Source: an uncultured Chroococcidiopsis sp. (GTDB taxonomy: Bacteria; Cyanobacteriota; Cyanobacteriia; Cyanobacteriales; Chroococcidiopsidaceae). Taken from it: a stretch of 64,000 nucleotides of DNA. Below, in pieces: positions 10,432-21,061 of this stretch (position 1 is its first letter; each line of letters opens with the position of its first letter). The notes beneath the pieces are model-generated. The model was not told the origin of the DNA. It ran no database searches and was given only the letters and a program-made list of their open reading frames with translations. The translations under genes were made by a program, and so were the position numbers. The DNA lies in the NCBI GenBank assembly GCA_964248365.1, contig CAXTYC010000012.1:1-64000 (forward strand), given 5' to 3'.

Positions 10432-10517
10432 TTTAGCTTCACACTATCTCCCCTGCTTCCCCTGCTCCCTCTGCTCCCCTGCGGTCAAAACGAGAATTAT
10501 TTAACTGGAGACGAGTA

Positions 10518-10715
10518 TCAGCCCGTGACTTTGAGCCGCTCACGGGATTCTTGCTTGACTTGACCCTGCATGGCAGCAAGCTGCAAACTCATGAAAGCAT
10601 TAAAGTCGTCTAATCCATAGCGAGTTGATAGTAACTGGCGCAGTTGCTCTTCTGCTGCGATCGTCAAATAACCAGTTTGTAGAGCCTGTTGAGCAAGGTC
10701 ACGAATCCTAGTCAT
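10518..10715 (-). CDS. Small conserved cyanobacterial hypothetical protein
   Basis: IRDLAQQALQTGYLT...EEQLRQLL...VKQESRE pattern; GAGGTGG RBS-like sequence upstream. Confidence 0.7.
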   Translation of the reverse strand: MTRIRDLAQQALQTGYLTIAAEEQLRQLLSTRYGLDDFNAFMSLQLAAMQGQVKQESRERLKVTG

Positions 10716-11431
10716 GCTAACCACCTCATGCACCACTGAATAATCAAGTAAGAAAGTAGATTGCCCTCATCTAGTGTAGACGTTGTACAGCTAAATAAAG
10801 TTTCTCTAAATTTTATATAAATTTTTGATAAATGCAAAGAAAATTTAAGTTGATATCTAAGCAATTCTTAATTATTTTATTCATTGACATATTTGGTTAC
10901 ATAGTGTAGAGTTAAATACTAAGTATTTAAACCTAAAGAGCCATAATAGATAAATGCCATCGAACAAAAAATTTGTGTAAGACGGTAAATAAAAAAGCTA
11001 GAAATAAATAAATTTGTAAGCAATACATCGATTTAAAAAATCAAATAGCTTGTAAAAGTAAGAATCATTTCAAAAGAAAAAAGCTTGAACTTATTAATAG
11101 ATAAACAAAATTATAGATAAAATAATTGAAGAATAAACGTAGGAGAGTAAGAAGCTATAGCAATCCTAAATAATTGGTGGAATTGTCTCGTTTTTATCTG
11201 CGTACTCTGCTTACGTGGGTTTAAACGCAATTGCTTTGTGCTGCGTTTAAAAAAGCAATAACAATTGGGATAGGATTAATATTGTAAAATTAGTAAGGGA
11301 AATATAATAATATTTTTAGATAATAATATTGTGTTTTATTGATGCAACAAAAAAATTATCAAAGTACTGTTGGGTAAGTATTTTACAATCTGTAAATATA
11401 AAATATAAAATCCAAAATGGTATAAAAAGCC

Positions 11432-12025
11432 GTGCAGAAAAACAGCTTATTAAAAGGAATCAACCTATACTTAGTTGGGATGATGGGAGCGGGGAAAACA
11501 ACTGTTGGGCGCTTACTGGCATCTGAGCTAGGCTATGGGTTTATTGATACTGATGCGGTAATTGAGCAACTGACCAATCAATCGATTAATCAACTATTTG
11601 CCTCTCAAGGAGAACCAGCATTTCGGCAGATAGAAAGTAAGGTACTGGCATCGGTTTGTGCGCGGACACATTTAGCGATCGCCACAGGTGGCGGCATTGT
11701 AATGCGACAAGAAAACTGGAGTTACCTGCATCACGGTCTAATTGTGTGGTTAGATGTGCCAGTCGAACAACTCTACGCCCGCTTGGCAGCAGATAATACT
11801 AGACCACTGTTGCAAGATACTGACTTGTTAGAACGCCTGCGATCGCTCCTCACGCAACGTCAACGATTCTATGCCCAAGCTGATCTGCACATCACCCCCA
11901 GCCCAGAAGATACACCCGAACAAATAGTTACACAAGTGTTAGCAGCAATTCCTAGTGTACTCAAGGAGGGAGTAGGGAGTAGCGCGAAGTCCGAGCGGAG
12001 GAAACCTCCGCTCGGAACTTCGTAA
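11432..12025 (+). CDS. aroK: Shikimate kinase
   Basis: GMMGAGKTT, DTD, ATGGG and RPLL motifs. Confidence 0.95.
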   Translation: MQKNSLLKGINLYLVGMMGAGKTTVGRLLASELGYGFIDTDAVIEQLTNQSINQLFASQGEPAFRQIESKVLASVCARTHLAIATGGGIVMRQENWSYLHHGLIVWLDVPVEQLYARLAADNTRPLLQDTDLLERLRSLLTQRQRFYAQADLHITPSPEDTPEQIVTQVLAAIPSVLKEGVGSSAKSERRKPPLGTS

Positions 12026-12122
12026 GAGAGGGAGTAGGGAGTAGGGGGAGACTGGGGGAGATAAAGAATTAACTATTCTGACTTCTGACTTCTGTCTCCT
12101 GTCTTCTGACTCCTGACTCCTT

Positions 12123-13508
12123 TCATTTAGAGACTTGGGTTGTTGGGGTGGTAGGGAGGGGAGTATTGTTAGCGATCGCGCGGATTTTTGCTTTCAAGCT
12201 TTCAGGAGCGGCTTTTTCTGCCTGCATAAACAGAGCTTTTGCCGTTTTGTAGTCGCCTTGCTCATTACGCAGCAGTGCTTTATTGACTAGGGCGGCGAGG
12301 TTATTTTTTTCTTGGCTCAGAATTTGGTCATAGGCTGTTTCTGCCTTTTGATTTTGACCTATAGCTTCATAAAGCTGTGCCAAATTTAGCTGTAAATCAA
12401 GGCGATCCGGTTGCTGTTGTACTAGTTTTTCCATCAAAGGGATAGCTTGAGCTGTTTGTCCCATCTCAAGGCGCAAGTTAGCTAGCCCGAACAAGGCGTT
12501 AAAATTGTTGGGATCGACTTGGAGAATCTGCTCATATTGTCTAATCCGCTGATCAGAAGCTTGATACTTGTTTGGAGCAAATGGACTCAATATAAAAAGG
12601 ACAGCGCACACCCCCACTATACTCACACCTGCTAGAGTAAGCAGCAATCTAGAAGATCGATAATTTGACCGTAATAGACGGGTTACATCTTTATCTGTAT
12701 ATGCTCGGATAGTAGAGTTAGTAATGCTCTGCTTTAAGCCACTGCCTAGATCGTGCTGCACTTGAACATGATGCAGTTGTCTTAAGTTTGATACCAGCCA
12801 CACCAGTGGAGCAGCTGCACCGCTGGCTTTGAGGGTGGGAACACCAGCAAAAGAAACAATCGGTATAGCTGAATAAAACTTTTGATAGTCAGCTTTTACA
12901 GCATCAAGGCGAGTTAGCAGTGGTTGCACTCTTTCCTCAATTCGCAGTAGCATCATTGGATCGGGATCGAGCAAGTCACACTTGGTAAAAATGAGTGCAA
13001 AGGCGTACTTTACACGGTGCTGATTTACCAATGAGGCGATCGCCACCACCTGTTTAATTATCTCCTCCAGTGCTTGAAGATATGCCTGATCTTTTACCAA
13101 CGCCTCACCATTAATAAACACACAGCAGCCATGAGAACTCAGCACAAGCTTTTGAAAGTCAAGGTTGCTACTATCACACGACTCCCCAGGAACGTCCCAC
13201 CAGCGAAAATGACATAAAGTTTTAGTTCCCCACACGAGCGAACGTTTCAAGCTAAAGTTAAAGTCTGTAATTCTCATTGTGGCAGGAGGATATTGACCAG
13301 TTTGAGCCACGTAATTGAGGATGCGATCAATTTTTTCCTCATCCTGACTTTCTCGGCAATCGAACCACAATTTATGAGGTGGGCTATTCTGATGAGTAGA
13401 ATGTAGTTCAGCATAGCTGCCAGCCAGAAAAACTGTCTTGCCTACCCCTCTTTGACCAATGCTCAGCAGATTAAAGGTGTTGGTGACAGTAGCAGATAAC
13501 TTTTTCAT
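12123..13508 (-). CDS. P-loop GTPase domain + TM helix + TPR repeats
   Basis: G1 GQRGVGKT, G3 DVPGE, G4 TKCD; TM near aa 290-310; C-terminal TPRs. Confidence 0.75.
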   Translation of the reverse strand: MKKLSATVTNTFNLLSIGQRGVGKTVFLAGSYAELHSTHQNSPPHKLWFDCRESQDEEKIDRILNYVAQTGQYPPATMRITDFNFSLKRSLVWGTKTLCHFRWWDVPGESCDSSNLDFQKLVLSSHGCCVFINGEALVKDQAYLQALEEIIKQVVAIASLVNQHRVKYAFALIFTKCDLLDPDPMMLLRIEERVQPLLTRLDAVKADYQKFYSAIPIVSFAGVPTLKASGAAAPLVWLVSNLRQLHHVQVQHDLGSGLKQSITNSTIRAYTDKDVTRLLRSNYRSSRLLLTLAGVSIVGVCAVLFILSPFAPNKYQASDQRIRQYEQILQVDPNNFNALFGLANLRLEMGQTAQAIPLMEKLVQQQPDRLDLQLNLAQLYEAIGQNQKAETAYDQILSQEKNNLAALVNKALLRNEQGDYKTAKALFMQAEKAAPESLKAKIRAIANNTPLPTTPTTQVSK

Positions 13509-13556
13509 TTTTTAGGCAAAAAATAATCTGTAATAATATGAACACAGTTGCACATT

Positions 13557-13658
13557 AGACTTCTTGCAGAAGTCGGGAAAAGGGAAAAGGGAAAAGGTAA
13601 GTACAATAGGTTTAACTTTTACCCGCATCGCAGCAATTGGGACTGTTGCAAGAGGTCT
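13557..13658. mobile_element. MITE with ISL2-type TIRs
   Basis: agacttcttgcagaagtc...gactgttgcaagaggtct; ATT duplication. Confidence 0.65.
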
Positions 13659-13890
13659 ATTATTAAACATTTTGTATAAATCGAAACACACTGGCAGATG
13701 TAGGGGTGCTATATCTGCTCTGCTCAATTATAGATATGTCTATTAAACTCGCACAGACTTGTTTGTATTCGTGCAAGATGTCTATTCAATTGCAGTTGAT
13801 TGAAATTTTCAATAGTAATAAGTATATTTCTTTTATAGCTAATTAACGATTTAAAAATCTGGGGTAATAGCTGCAAAACTATAGATATAC

Positions 13891-14610
13891 TCAGATTTTT
13901 AGCTGCGCTAAACCCAAGTAGCGTATACCTGCTGGACTAATTTCAAAGCGGCAAGGCAAAACCTCCAAACCCAACTGGGTAGCTTCTCGCAAAAGTTCAC
14001 CATACACTGGATCTGCGGTATCTCCAGGGGCAAACTGGGTGCAGTCACCACGATTAATAAAGTACAGCATTACAGCCCTTGCTTGCGGTATCAGAGCCAT
14101 CAATTCTCGTAAATGCTTTTGCCCTCGTGTCGTTACGGTATCAGGAAATAAAGCTAATCGCCCAGCCGCCCAAGTTGTACTTTTCACCTCTAGGTAGATA
14201 GATGGTTCTTCGTCTTCAGTTAACAAAAAGTCCACTCGGCTTTTTTTATCTGTTCCGTAGGGAACCTCAAAACGAATCTGACTATAGCCACCCAACGGGA
14301 AAAGGAATTTTTCTAGAGCTAGCTTGACAATTCGATTTGGTAAAGCCGTATTCACACCTACCCAAGTTGGCTCATTGTCACATACTTGGATCATCTCCCA
14401 AGTGTAGGGGAATTTGCGTGTAGCAAGTGGACTGTAAGACAACTGTACCTTACTACCAGGTGTACAAAGTCCGGTCATCGGTCCTGTATTCGGGCAGTGA
14501 GCAGTCACTATTTCCCCTGTAGCTAATTCAATATCGGCAAGAAAGCGCTTGTAGCGTTTGAGTAAAATGCCAGGGTAGAGAGTTGGGTAAGAATAGATGA
14601 AATCGAGCAT
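13891..14610 (-). CDS. sfsA: DNA/RNA nuclease SfsA
   Basis: RYKRFLAD, HCPNTGPM, EVKS and FPDTVTTRGQKHL motifs. Confidence 0.95.
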   Translation of the reverse strand: MLDFIYSYPTLYPGILLKRYKRFLADIELATGEIVTAHCPNTGPMTGLCTPGSKVQLSYSPLATRKFPYTWEMIQVCDNEPTWVGVNTALPNRIVKLALEKFLFPLGGYSQIRFEVPYGTDKKSRVDFLLTEDEEPSIYLEVKSTTWAAGRLALFPDTVTTRGQKHLRELMALIPQARAVMLYFINRGDCTQFAPGDTADPVYGELLREATQLGLEVLPCRFEISPAGIRYLGLAQLKI

Positions 14611-14724
14611 GGAGGGGAGAGGGGGAGCAGGGGGGAAAATTACGAATTACGAATTACGAATTACGAATTATTCTGACTCCTGACTACTAGATTCTTCGGA
14701 AATATACTGTATAAAATCTAGCAA

Positions 14725-15486
14725 ATGCGTAAAAACCAACTTAAACAAAAACTCAAACAGGGTGAGGTTGTGCTTGGTGCGTTTATCAACTGTGCCTATC
14801 CTGCATTTATCGAAATCTGTGGATATGCAGGCTTTGACTTTGCCGTTATCGATTTAGAACATAGTCCACTCCATACACTCGCTGCTGAAGATCTGTGTCG
14901 TGCAGCCGACTGTGTAGGACTTTCCCCAATTATTCGAGTACGCAAGAATGACGCACCGCAAATCCAACGCGCTCTTGATATTGGCAGTGCAGGTGTACAA
15001 GTGCCTCAGATTGAAACTATTGTCGATGCACAAGCCGTAGTACGGGCAGCTAAGTATAGTCCCCTGGGTGCGCGTGGTCTTTCGTTTAATACCCGTGCAG
15101 GTGCTTACACAGCAGCAGGAACACAAATTACACAACAGCTGAACGAAGAGTCACTGGTGGTTGTTCATGTCGAAGGCGATCGCGGCATAGAAAATATCGC
15201 AGAAATTGTCAGTGTCCCTCACATTGATGTCGTCTTTCTCGGTCCCTATGACTTATCTCAGTCTTTAGGAATTCCAGGTCAAGTACAAGATCCTCGCGTA
15301 ATTGAACTAATGAAGATTGGAGTAAATAGTATCCGCAATGCAGGTAAAGCAGCTGGCACGTTTGCTGATACGAAAGAAATGGCGAAGCAGTGGATTGATG
15401 CCGGAGTTCAATACGTCGCCCTCGGCGTGGACGTTGGTATCTTCCTACGAGCTTGTCAGGCTCTAATTAGAGGGGTTAGGGATTAG
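14725..15486 (+). CDS. HpcH/HpaI aldolase family protein
   Basis: GFDFAVIDLEH, ALDIGSAGVQVP and FLGPYDLS motifs. Confidence 0.9.
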   Translation: MRKNQLKQKLKQGEVVLGAFINCAYPAFIEICGYAGFDFAVIDLEHSPLHTLAAEDLCRAADCVGLSPIIRVRKNDAPQIQRALDIGSAGVQVPQIETIVDAQAVVRAAKYSPLGARGLSFNTRAGAYTAAGTQITQQLNEESLVVVHVEGDRGIENIAEIVSVPHIDVVFLGPYDLSQSLGIPGQVQDPRVIELMKIGVNSIRNAGKAAGTFADTKEMAKQWIDAGVQYVALGVDVGIFLRACQALIRGVRD

Positions 15487-15775
15487 GGGCTTGGGGCTAG
15501 GGAGAGGGGGAAGCTCTTCACTCGCGTTGTGGGGATTAGGGGGAAAGGGGGAGAGTGGGAGAGTGGGAGAGTGGGAGAATCACCAACCACCAACTACCAA
15601 TTACCATTTTTTTTACTTAGTATTAACTTAAACATATGTTTGACACTTTTCCTCATAAAACTACATTTTTTGTTATGAAAGTAACAGCTTATAAAAAAGG
15701 TTGAGCTATACTTGAAAGTATAGTCCTCAATAGTAAGCATTACTAAGAGGATCAAAGATTAATGAGTAAATTACT

Positions 15776-16438
15776 ATGCAAACAACATTAAATTCAAAGC
15801 AATTTAATCATACAATAATGTTTACTGTTTGTCAGGTAAACTTGCATTTTGATGGATTCAAGCAATTTTTTAATGATCTTCCTGTCGATCCTTATGTAAA
15901 AGGTAAGTATCGCTTCAGGAGATTATCTCGTTTTACGGCTGCTGGTAATGAGTTGGTGAAGCTACCTCACGGCTGCCTCTTCCAAAGCAAAGAATATAAT
16001 CCATTAGTGGGTGACATCAAAAGAGAGTTTGCAGAAATAGATGATGCACTCACAGAGCTTGATGACTTTAAAAAACTTGTCTTTGCCTTTGTTGATGCCT
16101 GTAAACTTCACCCTGAAGCTGAAATAGGAGTTCATCAAATTAGAACGACTTGTTCGTTAAATAATTTCGGCAATCCAGCCCCAGAAGGTATTCATAGAGA
16201 TGGTACTGATTTCATTGGTATCTTTTCTGTAAACCGAGAAAATATTCAAGGTGGGGAAACGCATTTATACGTAGCAAAAAAAGAAAAGCCTGTTTTTAAG
16301 AAAATACTTAATCCAGGCGAGTTACTGTTAGTTAACGATCGGGAATTTTTTCACTTTACCACTCCCATTAAACCTATATCTGATGCTCAAGGTGTAAGGG
16401 ATGTTTTTGTTCTGACTTGCCCAAGTTTACTTTCGTAA
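15776..16438 (+). CDS. 2OG-Fe(II) dioxygenase family protein
   Basis: PEGIHRDG...GGET...HFTTP...RDV (HxD...H...R). Confidence 0.85.
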   Translation: MQTTLNSKQFNHTIMFTVCQVNLHFDGFKQFFNDLPVDPYVKGKYRFRRLSRFTAAGNELVKLPHGCLFQSKEYNPLVGDIKREFAEIDDALTELDDFKKLVFAFVDACKLHPEAEIGVHQIRTTCSLNNFGNPAPEGIHRDGTDFIGIFSVNRENIQGGETHLYVAKKEKPVFKKILNPGELLLVNDREFFHFTTPIKPISDAQGVRDVFVLTCPSLLS

Positions 16439-16527
16439 CCTTAATTGTATGTGAATGGTGGGCATTGCCTACCCTGTATGTGAATGGTGGGCAATGTCCA
16501 CCCTACTGTATGTCTGTATGTCTATCC

Positions 16528-16581
16528 TCTCGTTTCCAGGCTCAGCCTGGAAACGAGAATAAGCAAGGCTCTGCCTTGGTT
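16528..16581. repeat. REP-like palindrome
   Basis: tctcgtttccaggctcagcctggaaacgaga plus aaggctctgcctt; related copies at 21062-21098 and 52847-52893. Confidence 0.75.
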
Positions 16582-16766
16582 AGATTCTGATGTAAGATAT
16601 AAGTTTAATCCACATGAAATATTTTACAATCCACTAGATAGGGAGAATTGAAAGCCATCATTTCTCTTGCTTTCTTATGAGGAATTGGAAATAATCTTGC
16701 TGCTTAATAACAAGATCTGTCTCTCCTTTCTAGTTTCACCCCAATAAAGAGAATTAGAGGCGTAGT

Positions 16767-17549
16767 ATGCTCAATTTAAACCTAGATGACCACCCATTTC
16801 AATATAGAATCAAATTTTCTCACTTTGCCGATTTCTGCATTTGGGTATTAGAGATTGATGGGCTACAAGTTCCTCCTTTCTGCCAGCACCCAGACGGAAA
16901 CGGCGCACTTCAAGCCAAAGGTTTGAACGCTAATAACTGGAAATCATGGCTGGCATGGGTCGTCGATTTAGATCAGAGTTATGGGCTGAGCTGGAAACAG
17001 CACTCTGAGGATAAACAAGCGTGGGTGGAAGAAGAACTGAGTGACCTTGAGGAGATGGCATTTATGGTAAAGGACCAAATTGATGTACCTGCTGCACGAG
17101 CAGCACTGGAAAGAACATGGGACTTGGAAGAGCAAAAATATCAACAAGCTTTAGCACGATTCAGTCAATTTCCTGGCGATCCAGCAAAGTTCGCTCCTCC
17201 TGATGTTTGGATTGGAGAGCCAGCAGTGGGTGAAATGCTCAAAGACTTATGGCATAGCTATGCAAAAGTTTGGAGAGAACGGGGTCGTGAAGAGCTTGAG
17301 AGTCAAAAGCGCGTCAAGCCAGGATCGCCGGAACAGGAAACTATGAGGAAATTAAACAACGACCTTCAGCCTTACAAAACACGTATAACTGATTCAGAAA
17401 TTGGTTTCGTAAATTATCCCGCTCCAGTGGAATATCTTGTTCCTCCCCAATCAGTTCTTCTATCAACTGCTAATGGGTTGCTCGACAGTAATTGTTTCTA
17501 TAAGAGCGTAATGCGTGCAGCAGAAAGTTTAGCTGCATTAAGCGGCTAA
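16767..17549 (+). CDS. Hypothetical protein
   Basis: 260-aa ORF with GAGG RBS; no recognised motif. Confidence 0.65.
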   Translation: MLNLNLDDHPFQYRIKFSHFADFCIWVLEIDGLQVPPFCQHPDGNGALQAKGLNANNWKSWLAWVVDLDQSYGLSWKQHSEDKQAWVEEELSDLEEMAFMVKDQIDVPAARAALERTWDLEEQKYQQALARFSQFPGDPAKFAPPDVWIGEPAVGEMLKDLWHSYAKVWRERGREELESQKRVKPGSPEQETMRKLNNDLQPYKTRITDSEIGFVNYPAPVEYLVPPQSVLLSTANGLLDSNCFYKSVMRAAESLAALSG

Positions 17550-18231
17550 AGCTATTCCTTAATCGCTCCTTTCACTCCTATAGTTGAGTTCATTATCATC
17601 ATCCATACAACTTTGTCTCCTCTTGTTGTCAGTTAAACGGACACAGAGGAGTTTTTAGCAGCTTCTGAAGCTAGTATCTATTTCTAGTATCTATTTATAG
17701 TCATATAAATTTTTATCTCGCTCCTACTGGTGCTTTTGATGTTGCTTTGAATGCGTAAGTATTTCAAACAATAATTCTTTTTTAGTAAGAATACAAGCGC
17801 TTATAAATAGCTTACAAATATATTTCTTCAGACTAGCTCAAAGTACAAGCTAAGTAACCATCAAAGTTTCAGTTTACTGAAACTTTGTATAATGCGCACT
17901 ACTATTGAACAAGTTCCAAAAGGTATCAAATGCTTATCAAAGCAGGAGCCTGACTGCTGGTGTTGCTTAAAAACAAAAATTTTGAAGTAAGTTTTTTATT
18001 AAAGACTACTTAAAGGTATTGCCGTAGTTAAGAAAAAAAATACAGTTGATTTATCAGTGATTTTACTGAACTTAGGAATTGCAGCGCTCTACAAAAGTTT
18101 TAGCCACTGCATGATGGGTAGTTGCAATGCTACTTATGCCTGTAATGTTGTTAATTTTTTATTCACACAGTTGGCTGAGTGAATAAAAAAATGACTGCTA
18201 TTTTATCAAATTAAAAATACTTTCTTCAAGT

Positions 18232-18789
18232 ATGATGCTTAGTTTTTTACGTTTAGCAGGTGCTATATCTGCCTTGTCTATTTTGTCTTTATCTTTCTTC
18301 CCTACTGCTGGAATTACCCAAAACTATCCTAGCTGCTTTTTAATCACTACATCAGGAGAGATGCAAAACTTGGAAAGCATTTGTCGAAAACAGCAAGAAA
18401 CCCTTGAGCAAGCAAAAGTATGTCAAAGACCTTTTGACAGTGATGGCTTTCCTGTAGCTTTTTCGACACAATTAAAGCAATTTGAAGCAGTCGTTAAAAA
18501 AGTAGAAGAGAAAAATCAAGATAGTAATTATGACTTGAACGGAGACACAAATGTTCAATCAGCGCTTGCAACATTTATGAATCAGATGCCTCTTTCTAAT
18601 CGAACTCGACAAATACAACAAGAAATAAAGACTTTGTTCTGGCAAGCACAGAAGATGACTAATTTAGAGGAGCTTGAAAAAATCCAAACAAAGTTCAACG
18701 CATCTGTCACAGAATTAAGTCAAGATCCTTGCTATTTGCGGACAGTAGAGTCATTAGGAGATAAGTTCCCGCAACTGTTAATTTTTTAA
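18232..18789 (+). CDS. Hypothetical secreted protein
   Basis: Signal peptide followed by CFLITTSGEMQNLESIC. Confidence 0.7.
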   Translation: MMLSFLRLAGAISALSILSLSFFPTAGITQNYPSCFLITTSGEMQNLESICRKQQETLEQAKVCQRPFDSDGFPVAFSTQLKQFEAVVKKVEEKNQDSNYDLNGDTNVQSALATFMNQMPLSNRTRQIQQEIKTLFWQAQKMTNLEELEKIQTKFNASVTELSQDPCYLRTVESLGDKFPQLLIF

Positions 18790-18840
18790 CTTCAGGATTA
18801 GCACAAAAAATAACTCCAGAATTATCCAGTAGAAAAAGCA

Positions 18841-19343
18841 ATGAAAATTAATCGCAAGCAGCTATCGTGTTTCTTGGCAGCAACAGCTACGTTTTTATTA
18901 TTTCCTCAGCACGCCTATGCAGCGAGAGGGCCGATGCGTGATGGTACTGGATTCATAGACTGCCAACCAAATGGTTTAGGAGTTTACACAGCTCGTTGGA
19001 CATTTGATACGGTTTCTGAACCATTTTTCTTTGTTAATGCTCGCGTTAAAGCTAAATCTAGTCCAGCTAGAAGATATTTTTCTTTGTTCTTCCAAGGACA
19101 TATTATGAGAACGAATTTACCTTTTCTTCAAACAGTACAGACGAGCAGGTCGCTCTGCGAGGAGGAGTGGTACAGCCAAGTGGCTTCAATACTTTATACT
19201 CTCCTGTAGTAACACGTTGCCCCCTCCCGACTAACAATGAATTGTCGCCACCGCCACCTCCGTCTCCTCCAAAACCTCCAGAAAAGTGTCCTTCTGGATG
19301 GAAATACTGGAATAATAAATGTGTTGTTTCTACACACAAATAA
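18841..19343 (+). pseudogene. Secreted protein, probably frameshifted at the T-run near 19080
   Basis: Signal peptide ending AYA; a second frame continues FVLPRTYY...PPPPPSPPKPPEKCPSGWKYWNNKCVVSTHK*. Confidence 0.55.
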
Positions 19344-19928
19344 GTACAGATTGGTAAACCAAAATTACGTCAAGATGATATAAACACTCTGAGGTACGGT
19401 AGTCTTCAGCTAAAGCTTGCAATAAGAATGGAATGAGCTAATCATCTAGTCTGATGATTGCGATTCTAAGGTGTATGAAAGGTGCTTTGGCTCTCCATCC
19501 TGCTTGCGCTTGTGTTTAACGATTTCAATAGTATGCCTACTTCACTAACCTGAGTGACTATTCACACAAACAGCAACTGCAAGATTGATACACAAGGTTT
19601 TACTTGGGGTAAGTTGTGATTGCACGGCTCATTTACCCCAGCGAATACCTTAAAGCATTTAAGGATAAAAACTTACCAACCTGGCGAAACAAACTGCCTT
19701 TTATCCTACTTATCAATCAGATCAAGTAGATAGTTTCTCTTGAGAAACTCGGTTACTAGTGGAAGGGCAAGACTGTTAAACCCTTACCAGTAAGCACATC
19801 CTTCAGGATAAAAACTGGTTAAATTCTCCCAATGAACCGAAAACTATTTCTGCTTACAGCTTTTGTAAGGTTGTGTTGCAAAAATATTTTGAGGACGGAA
19901 CTTGTTCTATACAAAATAACTTCTAACT

Positions 19929-20984
19929 ATGGCTGTAAACTTATTTGATGTTAAGTTCTATCAAGCTGCTAATCCAGATCTACGCAGCCTAAGCTATCAG
20001 CAAGCCTTATCCCATTTCCAGAACAATGGTTTAGCCGAGGGACGTGCATTCTCACCATTTGTTGACCTCAAATTTTATCGGTCAAGCAACGCCGATTTAG
20101 CTAGCTTGAATAACCAACAAACATATCAGCATCTGCAAGACTATGGTTTCAAGGAAGGACGTAAATTCTCACCCTTTGTTGACTTGAGCTTCTACCGAGC
20201 TAGCAACTCTGATCTTGCTGGTTTGAATAACATTGAAGCTTTAGAACATTTAAGAACCTATGGTCTCAAGGATGGACGTAGATTCTCACCGTTTGTTGAC
20301 TTGAATTTCTACCAAACTAATAACTCTGACCTTTTAGAATTGAGTAGCATAGATGCTTTAGCACATTTAGAAATCTATGGTCTCAACGAAGGACGTAAAT
20401 TCTCACCCTTTGTTGACTTGAACTTCTACCGAGCTAGTAATTCTGACCTTGCAGGCATGAATAACACTCAAGCCTTACAACATTTAGAAATCTATGGTCT
20501 GAATGAAGGACGTAAATTCTCGCAGTTTTTCGATCTTAATTACTATAGGTCTAACAATCCTGATTTAGCCGTAGCAGGCTTGCGAAGCGGTCTACAATTG
20601 CTAGGACACTTTGAGTCATATGGGTACTATGAAGGTCGCTTTGGTATAAGCGACTACGCGGGAAACACATTAAGCACTGCTAGCAACATCATTGGAGGCT
20701 CTAATCTAAGGTTTTCAATTGACTCTGTAAGCTCGTCTGACCGAGATGACTTCTATCGATTTAATTTGAATCAAACTAGTACGGTCATTATAGGTAGCGA
20801 AACCTTTACTACTGATCTAAAGGGCGAACTGCTTAATAGGGGAGGAATAGTTTTGGATTCTGGCAATATCACAGTTAATGAAGGTCTAGATTTCGTATCA
20901 ACTTTGCAGCCTGGTACTTACTTTTTGCACTTCCAACAGTTAGCAGGTAACACTAACTACACTTTCATGATTGCTACTGTTTGA
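19929..20984 (+). CDS. Repeat protein (39-aa FYxxNxDL...H..YG..EGR repeats) with C-terminal PPC-like domain
   Basis: Five to six 117-bp-period repeats; DYAGNTLSTA...DRDDFYRF...LQPGTYF. Confidence 0.8.
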   Translation: MAVNLFDVKFYQAANPDLRSLSYQQALSHFQNNGLAEGRAFSPFVDLKFYRSSNADLASLNNQQTYQHLQDYGFKEGRKFSPFVDLSFYRASNSDLAGLNNIEALEHLRTYGLKDGRRFSPFVDLNFYQTNNSDLLELSSIDALAHLEIYGLNEGRKFSPFVDLNFYRASNSDLAGMNNTQALQHLEIYGLNEGRKFSQFFDLNYYRSNNPDLAVAGLRSGLQLLGHFESYGYYEGRFGISDYAGNTLSTASNIIGGSNLRFSIDSVSSSDRDDFYRFNLNQTSTVIIGSETFTTDLKGELLNRGGIVLDSGNITVNEGLDFVSTLQPGTYFLHFQQLAGNTNYTFMIATV

Positions 20985-21061
20985 GAGGTTGAGGATGGTT
21001 ACATTTAAAGAATGACCACTGTAGTTGTTCGTTAGTACAACTAATCAAGCATCTATAGTGT

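Noticed and set aside
16445..16520. CRISPR-like 30-bp direct repeats
   Set aside because: Two adjacent units without spacers and no cas genes; they contain a common dispersed palindrome.
19400..19900. Riboswitch upstream of the repeat protein
   Set aside because: Several imperfect hairpins are present but no recognisable aptamer consensus; an Rfam scan would be needed.
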